This document shows positions 42,362 through 46,252 of a DNA stretch of 46,252 bases, piece after piece. The notes below the pieces were generated by a model. The model saw only the letters and a program-made list of their open reading frames with translations, searched no databases and was not told the origin of the DNA. Position 1 is the stretch's first letter. Each line of letters begins with the position of its first letter. Source of the stretch: Bacillota bacterium (lineage in GTDB: Bacteria; Bacillota; Clostridia; Peptostreptococcales; Anaerovoracaceae); the NCBI GenBank assembly GCA_016283945.1, contig JAEENW010000084.1:1-46252 (forward strand), written 5' to 3'. The position numbers were made by a program, and so were the translations under genes.

Positions 42362-43511
42362 CCTCCTTTGCCCCTTCCGCGGCTCCGCGTGAGACCGCGC
42401 CTATCTCTCCGCCGCTGAAGCGCACGCGAAGCAGCGTCCCCTCTGGAGCGGCTTCGGGCGAGCTTATGTGCCTCCCGTCCGTGTCCGTGACGTACGCGAA
42501 GCCCCTCGCGAGCACCGCGAGAGGATCGGAAGCCTCGAGGCTCCTGAGATCAGCCAGAAGCCTGGCGGACAGCGCCGCTATCCTGTCATTAGCCGCAGAA
42601 TAAGCCGCGCTGAGCGCGTGCTCCGTCCTGAGCTCCGCCATGGAGATCCGACTGAGCAGCCTCTCGCTGAGCCTCTCGGGTGAACACTGCGCCACGCGGT
42701 CCTTCAGATCGAGCACGTGCGGCACCGCGAGCTCCGCTGCCGCCGTGGGCGTTGCCGCCCTGACGTCCGCTGCGAGGTCGCATATGACCGTGTCTATCTC
42801 GTGGCCGACGGCCGAGATCACCGGGATCTCGGACTCGTACACGGCCCTCGCGACCGCCTCCTCGTTGAAGCACCACAGGTCCTCGGCGCTGCCGCCTCCC
42901 CTGCCGACTATCATGAGGTCGAGCTCCGGGAAACGCTCGTTGAGCGTCTTTATGCCTTCGGCTATCTGCGCGGCCGCCCCGTCGCCCTGCACCAGGCAGG
43001 GATAGATCAGAACGTCCACGAAGGGGTACCTTCGCTTCAGCGTGGTGAGTATATCCCTTATGGCGGCTCCGGTCGGAGAGGTCACGACTCCTATCCTCTT
43101 CGGGAAAGGCGGAAGCGGCTTCTTGTGCCGCGGATCGAAGAGTCCCTCGGCCTCGAGCCTGCGCTTGAGAGCCTCGAAGGCCGCGCTCAGAGCGCCCTCT
43201 CCCTCGACCTCGACGGATCTGACGTTCAGGGAGTAGTAGCCTCCCTTCTCGTAGAGGGAGACGCTTCCTATGGCTATGATCTCCATCCCGTCCTCGAGCT
43301 CGTACCTGAGCAGGGGGACGCGGTCCGCGGGCAGGAAGCAGCTTATCCTGCTGCCGCTGTCCTTCAGCGTGAAGTATACGTGCCCCGAGCTGTGCCTCGT
43401 GAGCTTGGAGATCTCTCCCTTTACTATGACTCCGCTGAGGATGGGATCCCCCGCGATGAGCCTCTTAATATACGCGCTGAGCTGCGTGACGCTTATAGAC
43501 CTCAGAGCCAC
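42345..43511 (-). CDS. xseA: exodeoxyribonuclease VII large subunit
   Basis: An OB-fold N-terminus follows the GTG start at 43511 (ALRSISVTQLSAYIKRLIAGDPILSGVIVKGEISK). Catalytic-domain blocks GVVTSPTGAAIRD and RGGGSAEDLW. The upstream part of the ORF-track entry overlaps the preceding gene. Confidence 0.85.
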   Translation of the reverse strand: MALRSISVTQLSAYIKRLIAGDPILSGVIVKGEISKLTRHSSGHVYFTLKDSGSRISCFLPADRVPLLRYELEDGMEIIAIGSVSLYEKGGYYSLNVRSVEVEGEGALSAAFEALKRRLEAEGLFDPRHKKPLPPFPKRIGVVTSPTGAAIRDILTTLKRRYPFVDVLIYPCLVQGDGAAAQIAEGIKTLNERFPELDLMIVGRGGGSAEDLWCFNEEAVARAVYESEIPVISAVGHEIDTVICDLAADVRAATPTAAAELAVPHVLDLKDRVAQCSPERLSERLLSRISMAELRTEHALSAAYSAANDRIAALSARLLADLRSLEASDPLAVLARGFAYVTDTDGRHISSPEAAPEGTLLRVRFSGGEIGAVSRGAAEGAKEDDDEC

Positions 43512-44461
43512 GGCGCCCTCCCCGCTATGAGGGCGCAGCCCGCGGCGTTGTCGGAGCAGAGCTCCGGTCTGCCGTAGAAATAGGGGCGGTCCGACAGGTA
43601 CTCCCTGAGGAAGGCGCTCGAGGCGACTCCCCCGCAGAGCAGGACCTGCGATACGCCGGTCCCGGAGCATATCCCGTCCGCGAGCTCTCTGAAGCTCTCC
43701 GCTATCCTCTCCATGAGGAAGAAGCAGAGCTCGGGGAGAGGTATCCCCTCGCCCAGCAGCTTTTCGAACTGGTTCTCGAGCCCCGAGAGATTTAGCCTGC
43801 CGCCTTTGTAGATCCTGGCGAAGGGATTCCTCCCGGCGGACGCGGCGCTTCCGCCCGCGCCTGAGACTCCGCCCCTCAGGGCCTCAAGCCTCTCCATCGC
43901 GAGCGCGTCCACGTATTTTCCTCCCGGAAACGGGAAGCCCGCCATGACCGCGCAGCGGTCCAGCAGCTGTCCGTAGGATATGTCGGAGCCCTCGGCCGCG
44001 ATCTCAAAGCTTCCGCGGCTCACCCTGACTATCTCGAGCGTCCCGCCCGAGAGATGGGCGAAGAGAAACGGGGACGACAGATCGAGCCCGCTCCCCAGAG
44101 CCGCCGCGGCGAGATGTCCCTCCTGGTGGCTGCACTCGTAGAGAGGCACTCCAAGAGCGGACGCTGTCATGCGCGCAGCCGCCTGCCCAGCGGTGAATAC
44201 CGGCATGTAGGAGCCCTCGACCGGGCGCGGCCTTACCGAGACCGTGACCGAGCCTATCTCTCCCCTGTACTTCTCAAGTATGGGATCCAGCACTCCGGGA
44301 AGGTTCTTCCAATGCTGAAAAAGGGCGTCAGACTGCCTTAAGCCCCTTTCGCCGGGCTTTACTGACAGCAGCACCCTGTTATCCTCTAGGATCTGCCCTT
44401 CGGGATCCGCCAGCGCGGCCGAAGTAGTATAGTTGCTCGTGTCTATCCCAAGGGACAGCAT
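43502..44461 (-). CDS. TsaD/Kae1-like (peptidase M22, ASKHA fold) protein
   Basis: MLSLGIDTSNYTTSAAL (phosphate-1 motif) and CSHQEGHLAAA (HxEGH metal motif of the Kae1/TsaD family). Length 319 aa. Confidence 0.65.
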   Translation of the reverse strand: MLSLGIDTSNYTTSAALADPEGQILEDNRVLLSVKPGERGLRQSDALFQHWKNLPGVLDPILEKYRGEIGSVTVSVRPRPVEGSYMPVFTAGQAAARMTASALGVPLYECSHQEGHLAAAALGSGLDLSSPFLFAHLSGGTLEIVRVSRGSFEIAAEGSDISYGQLLDRCAVMAGFPFPGGKYVDALAMERLEALRGGVSGAGGSAASAGRNPFARIYKGGRLNLSGLENQFEKLLGEGIPLPELCFFLMERIAESFRELADGICSGTGVSQVLLCGGVASSAFLREYLSDRPYFYGRPELCSDNAAGCALIAGRAPWL

Positions 44462-44862
44462 CAGAGCCTTGAGACCTTGCCCAGAAGGCCGTTGACGAAC
44501 CTCGCGGAGCTTTCGTCGCCGTACTTCTTGGCGAGCTCCACGGCCTCGTTGATAGCCGCGGCGTCCGGGACGTCCTCCTCGTCGAGATACTTCATCTCGG
44601 CGACCGCGAGCCTCAGTATGGCGAGGTCCACCCTCGCGAGGCGGCTGAGCTTCCAGCCGTTCGCGTTCTCCTCGATGAGCCTGTCTATCTCCGCGGCGTT
44701 GTCCACGTAGGCGCGGCAGGCGCGGTCGAAGTACTCGCGCTGCTCGTCGTCGCCTATCGCCTCGTCCGCGAAGCGCCTTATCATGAACTCGCTTTTGTCC
44801 TTTTGAGCCTGCATCTCGAATACGAGCTGCATGAGAAGCTCTCTGGCCTGTGTCCTCTTCAT
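44461..44862 (-). CDS. nusB: transcription antitermination factor NusB
   Basis: 133-aa product with RTQARELLMQLVFEM...LARVDLAILRLAVAEMKY...INEAVELAKKYGDESSARFVNGLLG. Confidence 0.9.
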   Translation of the reverse strand: MKRTQARELLMQLVFEMQAQKDKSEFMIRRFADEAIGDDEQREYFDRACRAYVDNAAEIDRLIEENANGWKLSRLARVDLAILRLAVAEMKYLDEEDVPDAAAINEAVELAKKYGDESSARFVNGLLGKVSRL

Positions 44863-44865
44863 GTC

Positions 44866-45204
44866 TTACTCCGTGTCTTTGAAGCTCACGCCCTGAACGT
44901 GGATGTTCACGGCCTCTACGGACCTGCCCGTGAGCTCCTCGACTTCCCTCTTCACGTTCTCCTGCACGTCCCAGGCGATCTGCGGGATCTTGTGCCCGTA
45001 GAGCGCGTTGAGATAGACGTCGACGCGTATCTTCTCCCTGTCCTGGGCGACCCTGATGCCCTTGCTCGTTCCGGTCAGAAGCTGCGAGATATCGTAGGAT
45101 ATCGCCGCCTCCGCCATGGACGCCACCCCTTCGGTGGCCAGCGCCGCCTCCATCGCGCAGAGCGCTATGGCGTCGCCGGGAACGTTCCTGTCCTTCTTAG
45201 CCAT
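44866..45204 (-). CDS. Asp23/Gls24-family envelope stress protein
   Basis: 112-aa product with GVASMAEA...GIRV...V.VDVYLNALYGHKIPQIAWDVQENVKREVEELTG...VNIHVQGV. Conserved position upstream of nusB. Confidence 0.85.
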   Translation of the reverse strand: MAKKDRNVPGDAIALCAMEAALATEGVASMAEAAISYDISQLLTGTSKGIRVAQDREKIRVDVYLNALYGHKIPQIAWDVQENVKREVEELTGRSVEAVNIHVQGVSFKDTE

Positions 45205-45209
45205 GGCTC

Positions 45210-46252
45210 CTACTTGATGGTCTTCTGATAGGCTGCCTTGTAGGCGAGGAACTCGTCGTAGCTGACGGCGAAGTTGTGCTCGCTGCCGCCGAAGGACTTG
45301 AGAACGTAGTATACGTAGTCGTGCTCCTCGGGCTCAAGGGCGGCCTTGATGGAGGCTATTCCCGGGCTCGCGATGGGCCCCGGGGGAAGCCCCTTGTTCG
45401 TGTAGCTGTTGTAGGGAGAGCTTATGAGCGTGTCCTCGTTCGTGAGCAGCGCCTTGGCCTCCCCCAGTATGTACTGCTGGGTGGCGTCGATCTGAAGCGG
45501 CATGCCGATCTCGAGCCTGTTCATGATGACGCCGGCGACCCTCGCCCTCTCGGAGTCCTCCCTGGTCTCGCGCTCGACGAGGCTGGCTATCGTGAGTATC
45601 TCCCTGAGGCTCTTTCCGGAGTCCCTGAGCTTCGCCCTCATCTCCTCGTCGAAGACCTTCTCGAACTGCCCGAGCATGCGCTTCACCGCGCCCTCGGCCC
45701 CGCTCCCCGCGTAGATCTCGTAGGTCTCGGGATAGAGGAAGCCCTCGAAGCGGTTGGCTTTGGCGCTGACCGCGCCGGTGGGATCCCCGTATTCGGAGCG
45801 CAGCTCGTCCGCGAAGAAGTACTCCGAGGCGTCAAAGCTCTCGAGGCAGCTGTAGAGCTCGCTCTCGGACGCGATGATCCCGTCCTGCACTAGCTTCTCC
45901 GCGGTGCCCTTGACGCTGAGCCCTTCGGGTATGGTAAATCTGGCGGTCTCCCTCCTGGCGTCCTGGAGCTCCGCCATTATCTCCTCCATGGTCATGGACG
46001 GCGAGAGCAGGAAGGTGCCCGCCTGATAGCTCGGCCCGAGGCCGAGGAGCTTGGTCTTCTTCGCGAAGACGTCGCCGCTCTCTATGAGGCCGGCGGCCTC
46101 GAGATCCCGCCCTATGGTGTTGTAGCCGCTGCCGCGCTCTACGGTGAACTCGACGACCGACTTATCGCCCGGTCTGAAGGCCTCGTTGAAGTTCTTCCAC
46201 GAGTTGACCTTGTAGAAGGCGAAGCCTCCCGCGGCCAGCGCGAACATTATAA
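45210..46252 (-). CDS. mltG: endolytic murein transglycosylase MltG (YceG-like); the frame is open to the right edge, so the start may lie off the window
   Basis: N-terminal TM helix. YceG blocks FLYPETYEIY, ILTIASLVERET, VIMNRLEIGMPLQIDATQQY and YNSYTNKGLPPGPIASPG. Confidence 0.9.
   Translation of the reverse strand, partial: IMFALAAGGFAFYKVNSWKNFNEAFRPGDKSVVEFTVERGSGYNTIGRDLEAAGLIESGDVFAKKTKLLGLGPSYQAGTFLLSPSMTMEEIMAELQDARRETARFTIPEGLSVKGTAEKLVQDGIIASESELYSCLESFDASEYFFADELRSEYGDPTGAVSAKANRFEGFLYPETYEIYAGSGAEGAVKRMLGQFEKVFDEEMRAKLRDSGKSLREILTIASLVERETREDSERARVAGVIMNRLEIGMPLQIDATQQYILGEAKALLTNEDTLISSPYNSYTNKGLPPGPIASPGIASIKAALEPEEHDYVYYVLKSFGGSEHNFAVSYDEFLAYKAAYQKTIK

Noticed and set aside
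28918-43577. Long plus-strand ORFs in the right half (28918-30213, 30372-31352, 31429-32811, 36030-36725, 36747-38426, 38686-39453, 39480-40847, 41596-42237, 42717-43577)
   Set aside because: Each is antisense to a confidently recognised minus-strand housekeeping gene (ynbB-like, MATE, recombinase, mutS, tlyA, dxs, ispA, xseA). Each has the typical R/G/A/V/E/L shadow-frame composition.
1-46252. tRNA, rRNA, IS elements or transposases anywhere in the window
   Set aside because: No intergenic stretch shows a tRNA-like T-arm (GGTTCGAATCC type) or rRNA-like sequence. No ORF has DDE, HUH or serine-recombinase transposase motifs.

Overview
GC-rich chromosomal window from a Gram-positive, Clostridia-like organism. 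The taxon guess is an inference from alaS-ireB-ruvX order, Cheo-type LexA boxes, SLH domains, and frequent AGG and ATA codons. All calls rest on reading the ORF translations and the DNA; no database search was possible. Layout: (1) 1-6.3 kb, plus strand: 3' part of alaS, ireB, ruvX, asnB, an orphan PstS-like lipoprotein and a 539-aa lipoprotein. (2) 6.4-26.3 kb, plus strand, is the accessory part. It starts with a tightly overlapping LysR / ECF-type sigma / small two-TM protein / 6-TM protein / PrsW-type intramembrane protease operon ending in a clean terminator. A second operon follows: a paralogue of the small two-TM protein is translationally coupled to a 2625-aa secreted protein, then comes a 2205-aa secreted protein with three SLH domains, then an SLH-bearing S8 subtilase. 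I consider this the best candidate for an undescribed system, namely a sigma-controlled giant surface-layer or adhesin module with a dedicated protease. (3) 26.33-27.08 kb is about 0.75 kb with no credible CDS. It is bounded by a 40-nt AT-rich motif that recurs at 39.3 kb and by a LexA box. (4) 27.1-28.8 kb, minus strand: an SOS module of three LexA boxes around a sigma-A promoter, a YneA-like LysM division inhibitor, a cytoplasmic SIMPL protein and a SprT-like metalloprotease. (5) 29-46 kb, minus strand, housekeeping: ynbB-like PLP enzyme, MATE exporter, a tyrosine recombinase overlapping miaA, mutL, mutS, tlyA, dxs, ispA, xseB, xseA, a TsaD/Kae1-like protein, nusB, asp23 and mltG (5' end off the window). 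I saw no rRNA, tRNA, CRISPR array, transposase or phage genes. The many long ORFs antisense to real genes, up to 1473 codons, are shadow frames of a GC3-biased genome.
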